Origin: an uncultured Desulfovibrionales bacterium
Lineage (GTDB): Bacteria; Desulfobacterota; Desulfovibrionia; Desulfovibrionales; Desulfonatronovibrionaceae
Direction of reading: 5' to 3'
Length of the DNA: 64,000 nucleotides
Assembly (NCBI GenBank): GCA_964577315.1
Contig: CAZNYT010000004.1
Span: forward strand, 2,482 to 66,481
Each line of letters opens with the position of its first letter. The stretch's first letter is position 1. The notes below the pieces were generated by a model. The model worked only from the letters and a program-made list of their open reading frames with translations, made no database searches and was not told the DNA's origin. Made by a program: the position numbers and the translations under genes. Positions 10,447 through 18,739 of this stretch are shown here, in pieces.

Positions 10447-12408
10447 TTATTGCTCCTGCTTTTCTTCTTCTTGTTCCTGAAGCTTTTTTATCCACATATC
10501 CCTTTGATGTTTCCTGAATTCCATAGCCCACTTTACACGATCGCTGTCCGCGGGTCGAAGTTGGTCCCGGTCCATATGAAAGACGTAAAGATCCTGAAAT
10601 GCCCGGCCGCTTTCGTCCCAACGTATAGGAGCCATACTCCAGGCATCAAAATTGTTTTCTGCCAAGATTTGATTGATTTCTTCATGCTCCTGTGGAGCAG
10701 GCATGTCTCCCAGCCGTGCAGAAAAGCGGACAAAATCGTACCCTAAAGCCGTCCAGAAATTTGCCTCGCCTTGGGCGGTTTCCTCCAGTTTTTGGGCTAG
10801 TTGCCTGGACCGGGGATCCGGGTTGTAATTATTCCATCCCCCACTACTGAGTGCCAGGGAAAAGAATTGCTGTTCCAGGTTGTTCGGGGAGTGTGCCTGA
10901 TACCAGAGCATGGGGCCCAAAAATACCAGGTGATCATGGTTGAAGTAGAAAAACTCCGGGATCAGGCCTTGGGCTCTAGACAAGGAGTCTGGAATAAAAA
11001 CCGCCTGAAATTCCGAATCCACATTGAGCCAAGGATCCTGCAAATCAGAGGTTCCCAGGAATGAAGATACTATGTGATTCCATTGGGAGGGTTGATCCGG
11101 GGGGTAGTTTTGTACCCCCTTGATATCAACTTCCCGGTCCTGGGCTTTGTTCCAGAAGATTTCGGCATAAGTCCTTCCGAAATCCTCTTCCGGATACATT
11201 ATGGCGAAATTGGTGATTTCCAGCTCCTGAATGGTTAGATCCAGCAAGGCACGGATCTGGTCCTGGGGGCTGGAAAAAAAGCGCCATCCCTCTTTGCCTT
11301 CCTCTTCCAAGGAGGGCATAAAGGTCAAAAAGGGGACTTCTTTATGCAAGCCGTGTTCGCGAATCTCTCCCCATTTGTGTAGGGAAAGCGGGCCACCCAC
11401 AAAAGAAAGGTTTTCCATTTGGCTCAACTTGTCCAGCCATCCCGGTTGATTTGTATTGATGGTTTTGACCTGGATCCGGGTATCTTGTTTTAACATTTCC
11501 CAATGGGCTTGGCCGGCACCGCGCAGCACATCCCAGCCCACCGAGGAATGGTGGCCGCTTAGAGGCAGGGCAAGGGCTATCTTGGGAACGGGTTTTCCAA
11601 GATCGGACTCCCACTTCTCGAGCTGGGAAAGCATGGGCTCGCGATGCACCAATTCGCTTTGCCCTGCGATTTCGCGAAGTTGGGGGTGAAGGGATGTCCA
11701 CAAAGAATCATCCTCTTCCAGACGTGCCTGGTAATAAGCCCACCAAAAGATATTGTGAGGGAAAACAAGCTTTTTTTCCTCCTCCATAAAGGGAACGGCT
11801 TTTTCCAATTCCTTTAGGTCCAGTTCTAAGAAACGGTTAAGGACAAATTCTTCCAGTTCCCTTTTTTGGGACTCTGTCCTGGCCTGACCATAGATTTCTT
11901 GTAGTACGGACGTGGCTTCCGGATATCTGTTGTGTTTCAGGTGGATCTCTGCCAGTTCCCGGGCTGCTGGATGGGTTAAAGCAAAGGGCTTGTCCGGGTC
12001 TGAGTACAATTCCTCCAAGTAACGGATGTAAGTGTGTTCAGGCTGGGTTTCCTTGAGGGCCCAGGAATAAACTTCATGCCATTTTTGTTTCTCCTGGATC
12101 TTAGGGTCTGCTTTTGCCCATCTTTCCGAGGCCTGTAAGGCCATTTCAGGATCACGGTTCTCGTAGGCGCTAACTGCCAGTCTCCGTAGGGCTAGCTTTT
12201 TCTTGTCCGGCTCGAGCTCATAATCTTCTAAAATCTGGGAATAAAGCTCCTGGCTGCGCTGGAAATCCTGGCTTTCCCAGGCGTGGGCAGCTTCTTGTTC
12301 CAATGCAGGTCTGGGTGGGTCTTCCGGGACCACTTTTTTTTCAGCGCAGGCTGAAAGAAAAACCAGGAAAAGGGCCAAAAGCAGTATGATAGGAGTATAG
12401 CGCATCAT
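10447..12408 (-). CDS. Lipoprotein with N-terminal TPR-like helices and a type-1 periplasmic-binding-protein-like C-terminal domain (LpoA-like)
   Basis: Signal peptide with a lipobox (MMRYTPIILLLALFLVFLSAC). The track ORF start at 12462 is discarded because codons 1-18 (VNSYIPFN...) are the reverse complement of repeat family 1. The functional call is by architecture only. Confidence 0.6.
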   Translation of the reverse strand: MMRYTPIILLLALFLVFLSACAEKKVVPEDPPRPALEQEAAHAWESQDFQRSQELYSQILEDYELEPDKKKLALRRLAVSAYENRDPEMALQASERWAKADPKIQEKQKWHEVYSWALKETQPEHTYIRYLEELYSDPDKPFALTHPAARELAEIHLKHNRYPEATSVLQEIYGQARTESQKRELEEFVLNRFLELDLKELEKAVPFMEEEKKLVFPHNIFWWAYYQARLEEDDSLWTSLHPQLREIAGQSELVHREPMLSQLEKWESDLGKPVPKIALALPLSGHHSSVGWDVLRGAGQAHWEMLKQDTRIQVKTINTNQPGWLDKLSQMENLSFVGGPLSLHKWGEIREHGLHKEVPFLTFMPSLEEEGKEGWRFFSSPQDQIRALLDLTIQELEITNFAIMYPEEDFGRTYAEIFWNKAQDREVDIKGVQNYPPDQPSQWNHIVSSFLGTSDLQDPWLNVDSEFQAVFIPDSLSRAQGLIPEFFYFNHDHLVFLGPMLWYQAHSPNNLEQQFFSLALSSGGWNNYNPDPRSRQLAQKLEETAQGEANFWTALGYDFVRFSARLGDMPAPQEHEEINQILAENNFDAWSMAPIRWDESGRAFQDLYVFHMDRDQLRPADSDRVKWAMEFRKHQRDMWIKKLQEQEEEKQEQ

Positions 12409-12440
12409 AAAATCAAGGTTTAGACAGATTAGAATGTTAA

Positions 12441-12780
12441 ATGGGATGTAACTATTCACCAAATTTTTTTTGGCTCTCGCCCCTGCGGAGGAGCTTGCTA
12501 TTCATATACACCGGCTCGGTGGATATGAATATTTGCTTCTCTTCTCCCAAGCTCTGCTTGCCCAGCCTGCCCCGTGTATCTTCTTCTAATACACTGGGGT
12601 GAAACCGGGTTCCCTTTCAAGGGTGCTTGCCTGGTGAAATAGACGGAGTCTCAGCGCAGCTGATTTCACCGGGTTTCACCGGGGCGCCTCTAGGGCTGAC
12701 AGGCCCGGGCGTGAGATATTCTCTTCTTTACGTAACCGGTGAATATTTTGGTAAAATATGTGGTGAATAATTGCAATGGG
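12441..12780. repeat. Repeat family 1 (MITE-like), copy A, ~340 bp
   Basis: The ends are GTAACTATTCACCAAAT (12448-) and GGTGAATATTTTGG...GGTGAATAATTGCAATGGG (to 12780). The same termini recur at 17882, 25087-25186, 34430, 40002 and partially at 22299. Confidence 0.8.
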
Positions 12781-12784
12781 ATTT

Positions 12785-12815
12785 AAAAAACCCGGGCCGT
12801 CAGCACGACCCGGGT
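12785..12815 (-). terminator. Intrinsic terminator after dnaK
   Basis: On the minus strand a CCCGGG...CCCGGG hairpin is followed by TTTTTT, 40 nt after the dnaK stop. Confidence 0.7.
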
Positions 12816-12852
12816 TATGATAAGAACGTGTTTAACTCGCTGTCAAGCTAAT

Positions 12853-14775
12853 TTATTTCTTGTCGTTTACCTCGGTGTAGTCTGCATCCACTACCTCTTC
12901 ATCCGCACTCTGACCGGTTTGCTGCCCGGCATCTCCCTGCGGCTGCTCTTGCCCAGCGGCCTGGCCGCTTTCGCTCTTCTGGGCGTACAGCTTTTCAGCC
13001 AGCTGGTGAGAGGCCTGGGACAGCTCATCCGTTGCCTTGCGAATAGCTTCTTCGTCTTCGCCTTCCATGACGTCTTTGAGGGCTTGGATCTTGTTCTCTA
13101 TATCCGCCTTGAGCTCCGCATCCAGGCTGTCTCCCAGGTCCCGGATGGATTTTTCCGTGGTATAGATCAGGCTGTCCGCGTTGTTGCGGGCCTCGATAAG
13201 CCTTTGTTTCTTCTTGTCCTCTTCCGCATGGGATTCGGCTTCCTTGATGAGCCTGTTAATCTCTTCCTCGGACAAGCCGCTGGAGGAAGTGATCTGTATG
13301 GATTGCTCCTTGCCGGTGCCCAGATCCTTGGCTGATACGTTCACAAGGCCGTTGGCGTCTATATCGAAAGTGACTTCGATCTGGGGCACGCCTCTAGGCG
13401 CCGCAGGAATCCCGGTCAGCTCGAAGCGCCCCAGGGTCATGTTGTCCTGAGCCATGGGCCGTTCGCCCTGCAAGACATGGATGGACACCGAGGGCTGATT
13501 GTCCGCGGCAGTGGTAAAGATCTGGCTCTTGCGGGTAGGTATGGTGGTGTTACGTTCGATGAGCTTGGTGAATACCCCGCCCATAGTCTCTATTCCCAGG
13601 GACAAGGGAGTTACGTCCAGAAGCAGAACGTCCTTGACATCCCCGGCAAAAATACCGCCTTGGATTGCGGCTCCCATGGCAACCACTTCGTCCGGGTTGA
13701 CGCTCTTGTTGGGTTCCTTGCCGAAGAAGTCCGTGACCTTCTTCTGGACCAGGGGCATCCTGGTCATGCCGCCTACCAGAAGAACCTGATTAATATCGGA
13801 TGCCTTAAGCTCAGCATCAGCCAAAGCGTCCTCGCAAGGCTTCATGGTTCTTTGTACCAGATCTTCCACCAGGCTTTCCAGCTTGCTCCTGGTGAGCTTC
13901 ATCAGCATGTGTTTGGGACCGTTTTGGTCAGCAGTGATAAAGGGGAGGTTGATCTCAGTCTCCATGGTTGTGGAGAGTTCCTTTTTGGCTTTTTCAGCTG
14001 CCTCACGCAGTCTTTGCAGAGCCATGCGGTCCGCTGAAAGGTCGATGCCGTTTTCCTTTTTGAATTCATCCACTAGGTGATTAACTATTCTCTGGTCAAA
14101 GTCCTCTCCGCCCAAAAAGGTATCTCCGTGAGTGGAGCGGACTTCCACTAGATTGTCCCCCACTTCCAGGATGGAGATGTCAAAGGTGCCTCCGCCCAGG
14201 TCGAATACAGCAATCTTTTCGTTTACATTCTTGTCCGCGCCGTAAGCCAAGGATGCGGCAGTGGGTTCGTTGATGATCCTCTTGACTTCCAGCCCGGCTA
14301 TCCGGCCGGCGTCCTTGGTGGCCTGCCTCTGGCTGTCGTTAAAGTAGGCCGGAACCGTTATTACGGCTTCCTCTACTGTTTCCCCCAAGTAGGATTCAGC
14401 GTCGCTCTTTAGCTTTTGCAGGATCATGGCTGAAATTTCCGGGGGACTGTAGCTTCTGTCCCCTACCTTGACAAACGCGTCATTGTTCTTTCCGGGGACG
14501 ATGTGGTAGGAGCATCGCTCCAGCCAGTTCTTGATTTCGGGATCATCGTACTGACGCCCCATGAGACGCTTTACGGAATAAACGGTGTTCTCGGGATTTG
14601 TTACCGCCTGTCTCTTGGCGATCTCACCCACCAACCGTTCCTTATCGGTAAAAGCAACAATGGACGGGGTGGTTCTGCCCCCTTCCGGGTTGCTTATACA
14701 TTGGGGATCCTTCCCTTCCATGACATAAACGCAGCAGTTAGTAGTTCCCAGGTCGATACCTATTATCTTACCCAT
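12853..14775 (-). CDS. dnaK: Molecular chaperone DnaK (Hsp70)
   Basis: 640 aa with GIDLGTTNC and DLGGGTFD. Confidence 0.97.
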   Translation of the reverse strand: MGKIIGIDLGTTNCCVYVMEGKDPQCISNPEGGRTTPSIVAFTDKERLVGEIAKRQAVTNPENTVYSVKRLMGRQYDDPEIKNWLERCSYHIVPGKNNDAFVKVGDRSYSPPEISAMILQKLKSDAESYLGETVEEAVITVPAYFNDSQRQATKDAGRIAGLEVKRIINEPTAASLAYGADKNVNEKIAVFDLGGGTFDISILEVGDNLVEVRSTHGDTFLGGEDFDQRIVNHLVDEFKKENGIDLSADRMALQRLREAAEKAKKELSTTMETEINLPFITADQNGPKHMLMKLTRSKLESLVEDLVQRTMKPCEDALADAELKASDINQVLLVGGMTRMPLVQKKVTDFFGKEPNKSVNPDEVVAMGAAIQGGIFAGDVKDVLLLDVTPLSLGIETMGGVFTKLIERNTTIPTRKSQIFTTAADNQPSVSIHVLQGERPMAQDNMTLGRFELTGIPAAPRGVPQIEVTFDIDANGLVNVSAKDLGTGKEQSIQITSSSGLSEEEINRLIKEAESHAEEDKKKQRLIEARNNADSLIYTTEKSIRDLGDSLDAELKADIENKIQALKDVMEGEDEEAIRKATDELSQASHQLAEKLYAQKSESGQAAGQEQPQGDAGQQTGQSADEEVVDADYTEVNDKK

Positions 14776-14849
14776 ATAACTCAGCCTCCTTAAATAAATC
14801 TTTATTGTTTGTTTTTCATAAGTCTTCTAAGCGGGTTGTAAAGACGGTT

Positions 14850-15485
14850 TTAGTTGTTTTTTTCAGAAGGGGGTTTGCTGACCAATACCTTGGCCGGTCG
14901 AACTAAACGATCCTGAAGCAGATAACCCTTCTGCATTACTTGGCACACTGTGTCCGGATCCAGGTCTGCCCGCTCTTGCTGGGCCATGGCTTCGTGGTAG
15001 TTGGGGTCAAAGGGCTGGCCTACCTCACCCACTTGCTGCAGATTATTCTTGGCAAGAACCTGGTGCAGAATGTCCATGGTCATTTCCACTCCCTGAACTA
15101 GATCCTTGCAGGCTTCGTTTTTCTTGCCATGTTCCAGGGCTAGTTCCAGGTTGTCTATGACCGGGATTAGTTCCTCGATAAAGGAAGAGATGGCGTATTT
15201 GCAGTATTCTTCTTTTTCCCGTGTAATGCGTTTTTTATAGTTTTCAGAATCAGCTATGGCTTTCAAGGCCCTGCTTTTTTGTTCCTGCAACAGCTCGCAA
15301 TCCGGACAAATATTTTCCTGGCAAAGGCTTTTAATGTCCTCGTCTGTCAGGGCTTGATATGCGTCCAGATCTTCAGGTGCCGTTTCATCTTGGCTTTCCT
15401 GAAAGTGTTTATCGTTGAGTTCTTGCTCCTCCCGGGAGAAGGATGTATCTTGATTCTCCTGGTGTTTTTCCTTGTTGTTGGACAT
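14850..15485 (-). CDS. grpE: Nucleotide exchange factor GrpE
   Basis: 211 aa with an acidic N-terminus and a GrpE C-terminal core (FDPNYHEAM...GYLLQDRLVRPAKV), located between hrcA and dnaK. Confidence 0.9.
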   Translation of the reverse strand: MSNNKEKHQENQDTSFSREEQELNDKHFQESQDETAPEDLDAYQALTDEDIKSLCQENICPDCELLQEQKSRALKAIADSENYKKRITREKEEYCKYAISSFIEELIPVIDNLELALEHGKKNEACKDLVQGVEMTMDILHQVLAKNNLQQVGEVGQPFDPNYHEAMAQQERADLDPDTVCQVMQKGYLLQDRLVRPAKVLVSKPPSEKNN

Positions 15486-15539
15486 AGAAACCCTCCATTG
15501 ATTATGTTTAGCAGCAGCTGCTGCAGCGCTCGGGCTAAG

Positions 15540-16598
15540 CTAATTTCTGCCCGGTTCGTTTTTTTCTTCGTACAACTCACAAAATATTTGACTAAGAATC
15601 CTGGCTGTCAAGTCCACAGCAGGAACTATCCGGGAATAATTCATTCGAGTGGGTCCTATAATGCTTACCAAGCCGGTATTGTTGCCCTGCAAGCTGTAAG
15701 GGGAGGAAATTACAGTGTAATCGCTTAGCTCGTCCCAGTCCTGCTCACTTCCCATTATGATGCTTACATTTTTGCTTTCCAGAGTGTTATCCAGGATTTT
15801 GAGCAGTTTGGATCTTTCCTCCAGGAGCTTGAATACTTCGCGCATTTTATTGATGTCCGCAAAATCCCTGTCCTGAAAAAGGTGATAAGTTCCCTCCACG
15901 TATACCTGGCGGTTGTTGTCCGGCTCAAAGGATTCTTTGGCTAATCTCAAGGCGTTTTGGTAGAGTTGATCGAATTGTTGCCTGGCCTTTTTCATCTGGG
16001 AATAAATCTCTGAGCGTACCTGGAGGAGTGTCTTGCCCTGGTAGTGTTCGTTCAAATAGTTGCTGAACTTGGTTAGATCATCCGGCTTGATATCCTTGTC
16101 TACATTTATAACCTTATTCTGGACCATGCCGCCTTCCATAACCAGAATGGACATGACCAGACCCGGACGAAGCAGGATGAAATCGATATGTTGCCAGCGT
16201 ATGTTGTGCTGGCTAGGGGTGATTACCAGGCTTATCTGATTGGAAATAGAAGACAGCACCTTGGAGGCCTGGCTCAAGGTTTGGGGCAAATCCGGCCCAA
16301 CTCTGGCCAGGGAGGATTTGATCCTTTCTTCCACTTCACTGGATAAAGGTTCCATATCCAGATTGTAGTCCAAATAAAATCGGAATCCTTTAGTGGAAGG
16401 AACCCTTCCAGCAGATGTATGGGGTTGTTCCAGATAGGACTCTTCGGCTAGATCCGCCATGATATTGCGGATGGAAGCAGGACTGAGGTTTAACCGGGAC
16501 TGTCTGGCCACGGTTCTGGAGCCTACGGGCTGCCCGGTATGGATATAGCTTTTGACTATGGTTAGCAAGACATCGATTTGTCTTTGATCAAGTTTCAT
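15540..16598 (-). CDS. hrcA: Heat-inducible transcription repressor HrcA
   Basis: 352 aa with an N-terminal winged-helix (QPVGSRTVA). It is the first gene of hrcA-grpE-dnaK and has CIRCE directly upstream. Confidence 0.92.
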   Translation of the reverse strand: MKLDQRQIDVLLTIVKSYIHTGQPVGSRTVARQSRLNLSPASIRNIMADLAEESYLEQPHTSAGRVPSTKGFRFYLDYNLDMEPLSSEVEERIKSSLARVGPDLPQTLSQASKVLSSISNQISLVITPSQHNIRWQHIDFILLRPGLVMSILVMEGGMVQNKVINVDKDIKPDDLTKFSNYLNEHYQGKTLLQVRSEIYSQMKKARQQFDQLYQNALRLAKESFEPDNNRQVYVEGTYHLFQDRDFADINKMREVFKLLEERSKLLKILDNTLESKNVSIIMGSEQDWDELSDYTVISSPYSLQGNNTGLVSIIGPTRMNYSRIVPAVDLTARILSQIFCELYEEKNEPGRN

Positions 16599-16608
16599 GA
16601 TGTTCCTC

Positions 16609-16635
16609 TTAGCACTCTTTTATTAAGAGTGCTAA
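16609..16635. promoter_or_regulatory. CIRCE operator (HrcA binding site)
   Basis: TTAGCACTC-ttttattaa-GAGTGCTAA is a perfect match to the CIRCE consensus TTAGCACTC-N9-GAGTGCTAA. It lies 11 nt upstream of the hrcA ATG. Confidence 0.95.
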
Positions 16636-16769
16636 ACATTTAACAACGCAAGGCATGACTGTCAAGGAAGGGGCCTGGAAAATGCAGGGGTTGTTAGTTC
16701 AAGTGCTCCAAAATCGGGACCTTGGATGCAGCAATGTTAATAGGGTGCCGGTTTTTTGAGACGATAAGA

Positions 16770-17636
16770 TCAGCAGGGTTCTTGGTAAGAAAAGATGTAA
16801 TCCCGCAAGGCCTGAACCCAGGGACGTATCGACTTGCCTGAAACCATGCAGAACTTGGAGCTGTCCAGAACGGAGTACTGGGGTCGTTTTGCTTTTTGAG
16901 GATATTCCTGCGTGGATATGGGGTTTACCTGGCAGTGAAGTCCTGCGCACCTGATGGATTCCGAGGCAAGTTCGCACCAGGAAGCCTCACCCTTATTGGT
17001 TATATGAAACAATCCCCGGGTTTGTTTTTTAATCAGTTCCAGGGAGTGCTTGGCCAAATCCATGGTATAAGTGGGAGAGCCTACCTGATCGTGAATCACG
17101 TTAAGGTGTTTTTTCTCCTGGGCCAGTTGCAAGACACGGTGCACAAAGTTGGTCTTGAAGGGCCCGAACAGCCAGGAGGTGCGGACGATTAGCAGCTTGT
17201 CCCAGGCAATATCCCAAAGTGCCTGTTCCCCCTTGAGTTTGCTTTGACCGTAAACGGATTTCGGTTGAGGTGTATCTTCAGTGCTATAAGGGGTGGTCTT
17301 CTTACCGTCAAAAACGTAATCCGTGCTGTAATGGAGGAGATAGATATCCTCTTTCCGACATACAGCTCCCAGTATCTTGGGCAGGTCCCTATTGAGCCGG
17401 AAGGCTTGATCCTGTTCCTCTTCCGCAGTGTCCACCCGGGTGTACCCAATGCCATTGAGCACAATGTCCACCTGGTAGTTTTGAATATAGTTTTGCACTT
17501 GGTCTGGCTCAAAAAAATCCAGTTCAGTTCTGTCCGGGGTGAGCACAGCCCAACCTTCCCGTTTTAAAATATGAGCCAGGGACTGCCCCAGCAAACCGTT
17601 GTTGCCGCCCAGGATTAAAGCAGTCTCTAGATGCAT
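16770..17636 (-). CDS. rfbD: dTDP-4-dehydrorhamnose reductase-like NAD(P)-dependent epimerase/reductase
   Basis: RmlD-like sequence (ILGGNNGLLGQSL, YSTDYVFDG, YGQSKL). The start is trimmed to the ATG at 17636, which is preceded by AAGGAGAG. Confidence 0.8.
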   Translation of the reverse strand: MHLETALILGGNNGLLGQSLAHILKREGWAVLTPDRTELDFFEPDQVQNYIQNYQVDIVLNGIGYTRVDTAEEEQDQAFRLNRDLPKILGAVCRKEDIYLLHYSTDYVFDGKKTTPYSTEDTPQPKSVYGQSKLKGEQALWDIAWDKLLIVRTSWLFGPFKTNFVHRVLQLAQEKKHLNVIHDQVGSPTYTMDLAKHSLELIKKQTRGLFHITNKGEASWCELASESIRCAGLHCQVNPISTQEYPQKAKRPQYSVLDSSKFCMVSGKSIRPWVQALRDYIFSYQEPC

Positions 17637-17764
17637 GTCCTCTCCTTGTGTTCTTATCTGGATAGAAGGGGTATAATCTTCTCCTTGAACGGCGTCCACC
17701 CATTTTCTATTTTTTTATAAAAGCTCTTGCATATCAGGCTTTTCTGTTCTACAAGATATAAATC

Positions 17765-17840
17765 GGGAGGTTAACTCAGTGGTGAGAGTGCCATCCTCAC
17801 ACGGTGGAAGTCCGGGGTTCAAATCCCCGACCTCCCACCA
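17765..17840 (+). tRNA. tRNA-Val (anticodon CAC)
   Basis: A 76-nt cloverleaf folded by hand. Acceptor stem GGGAGGT/ACCTCCC, D stem ACTC/GAGT. Anticodon stem CCATC/GGTGG with loop CTCACAC (anticodon CAC). T arm CGGGG-TTCAAAT-CCCCG, and an encoded CCA. Confidence 0.92.
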
Positions 17841-17881
17841 CCCACCCATAGACTACAATACCTGCAAATATTAAGAAAATC

Positions 17882-18146
17882 GTAACTATTCACCAAATCT
17901 TTTTGCGTGCCGTGCCTCCCGGCTCGCGCTTTTCTAGGCTCGACTTACGGGGGCATTCCTGCCCCCACCGGACTTTTGACTCTGTGCATCTTCTCAAGTT
18001 TGGTGCAATATCACGGCTTTTGCTTCTATCTCATTCTGCGTTTTTAATGCGGTCCGGTTTCCCCCATAAGCCTCGCCAAGAAAACCGGTGAGCCTTCCGG
18101 CGAATGCACGCAAAAAGATCTGGTGAATATTTTGGTGAATGGTTGC
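17882..18146. repeat. Repeat family 1 (MITE-like), copy B, ~265 bp
   Basis: Left end GTAACTATTCACCAAATCTTTTTGCGTGCCGTGCC. Right end GCACGCAAAAAGATCTGGTGAATATTTTGGTGAATGGTTGC, so the termini are inverted repeats. Internal blocks (TTTTCTAGGCTCG, AGCCTCGCCAAGAAAACCGGTG) are shared with copy D. Confidence 0.85.
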
Positions 18147-18198
18147 TGAAAATCCCAAGTTCCAAGCACCAAATTCCATACTTCAGCAGCATCCAGCA

Positions 18199-18233
18199 CT
18201 GACCCCTGACTCCTGACCCCTGACTCCTGACCA
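18199..18233. repeat. Five tandem heptamers CTGAC[CT]C
   Basis: ctgaccc ctgactc ctgaccc ctgactc ctgacca, read directly, just 3' of the trmL stop. Confidence 0.9.
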
Positions 18234-18241
18234 TACCCCAA

Positions 18242-18694
18242 TCATTCTAGATCCCTGGTCTGGCGTAGGGCCTCATACAGGATCACTGCTGCAGCGGAAG
18301 AGAGATTTAGGCTTCTAACAGGCCCCCAAATGGGAATGCGTACCAGGACTTGACACTGGGAGAGAATATTTTGGGGGAGCCCGTCTGATTCCGGGCCCAG
18401 GACCAGGTAGTCGTTTTCCCTGAATGATAGCTTTACATGGCTAATACCTCGCCTGGCCGTAGTCATAATCAGGCGGCTGTTCCGGGGCAGCTCATCCAGA
18501 AAATTTTCCCAGTTCTCCCAATTTTTGAGGTCCACATAAGGCCAGTAATCTAAACCGGCCCTTTTTAGATACTTATCCTCTAGGCTGAATCCTATGGGGT
18601 GAATAAGGTGCAAGGTGGTTTGCGTGGCTGCGCAAAGCCGGGCTACTGCTCCTGTGTTGGGAGGAATTTGGGGCTGGTAGAGAACGATTTGCAT
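18242..18694 (-). CDS. trmL: tRNA (cytidine/uridine-2'-O)-methyltransferase, SpoU/TrmL family
   Basis: 150 aa with PQIPPNTGAVARLC and LNLSSAAAVILYEA, typical of TrmL. Confidence 0.88.
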   Translation of the reverse strand: MQIVLYQPQIPPNTGAVARLCAATQTTLHLIHPIGFSLEDKYLKRAGLDYWPYVDLKNWENWENFLDELPRNSRLIMTTARRGISHVKLSFRENDYLVLGPESDGLPQNILSQCQVLVRIPIWGPVRSLNLSSAAAVILYEALRQTRDLE

Positions 18695-18739
18695 GGTTGT
18701 TAAGTGCCGGCTGCAATAAATCCTTGCAGCCGGCAGTAT

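Noticed and set aside
12817-14793. Several 80-190-aa plus-strand ORFs antisense to dnaK
   Set aside because: They are shadow frames of a highly expressed, strongly codon-biased gene, with no independent signals.
17994-18241. Three overlapping 61-67-aa minus-strand ORFs after tRNA-Val
   Set aside because: They lie entirely within repeat family 1 copy B and the heptamer array, in three overlapping frames with no RBS.
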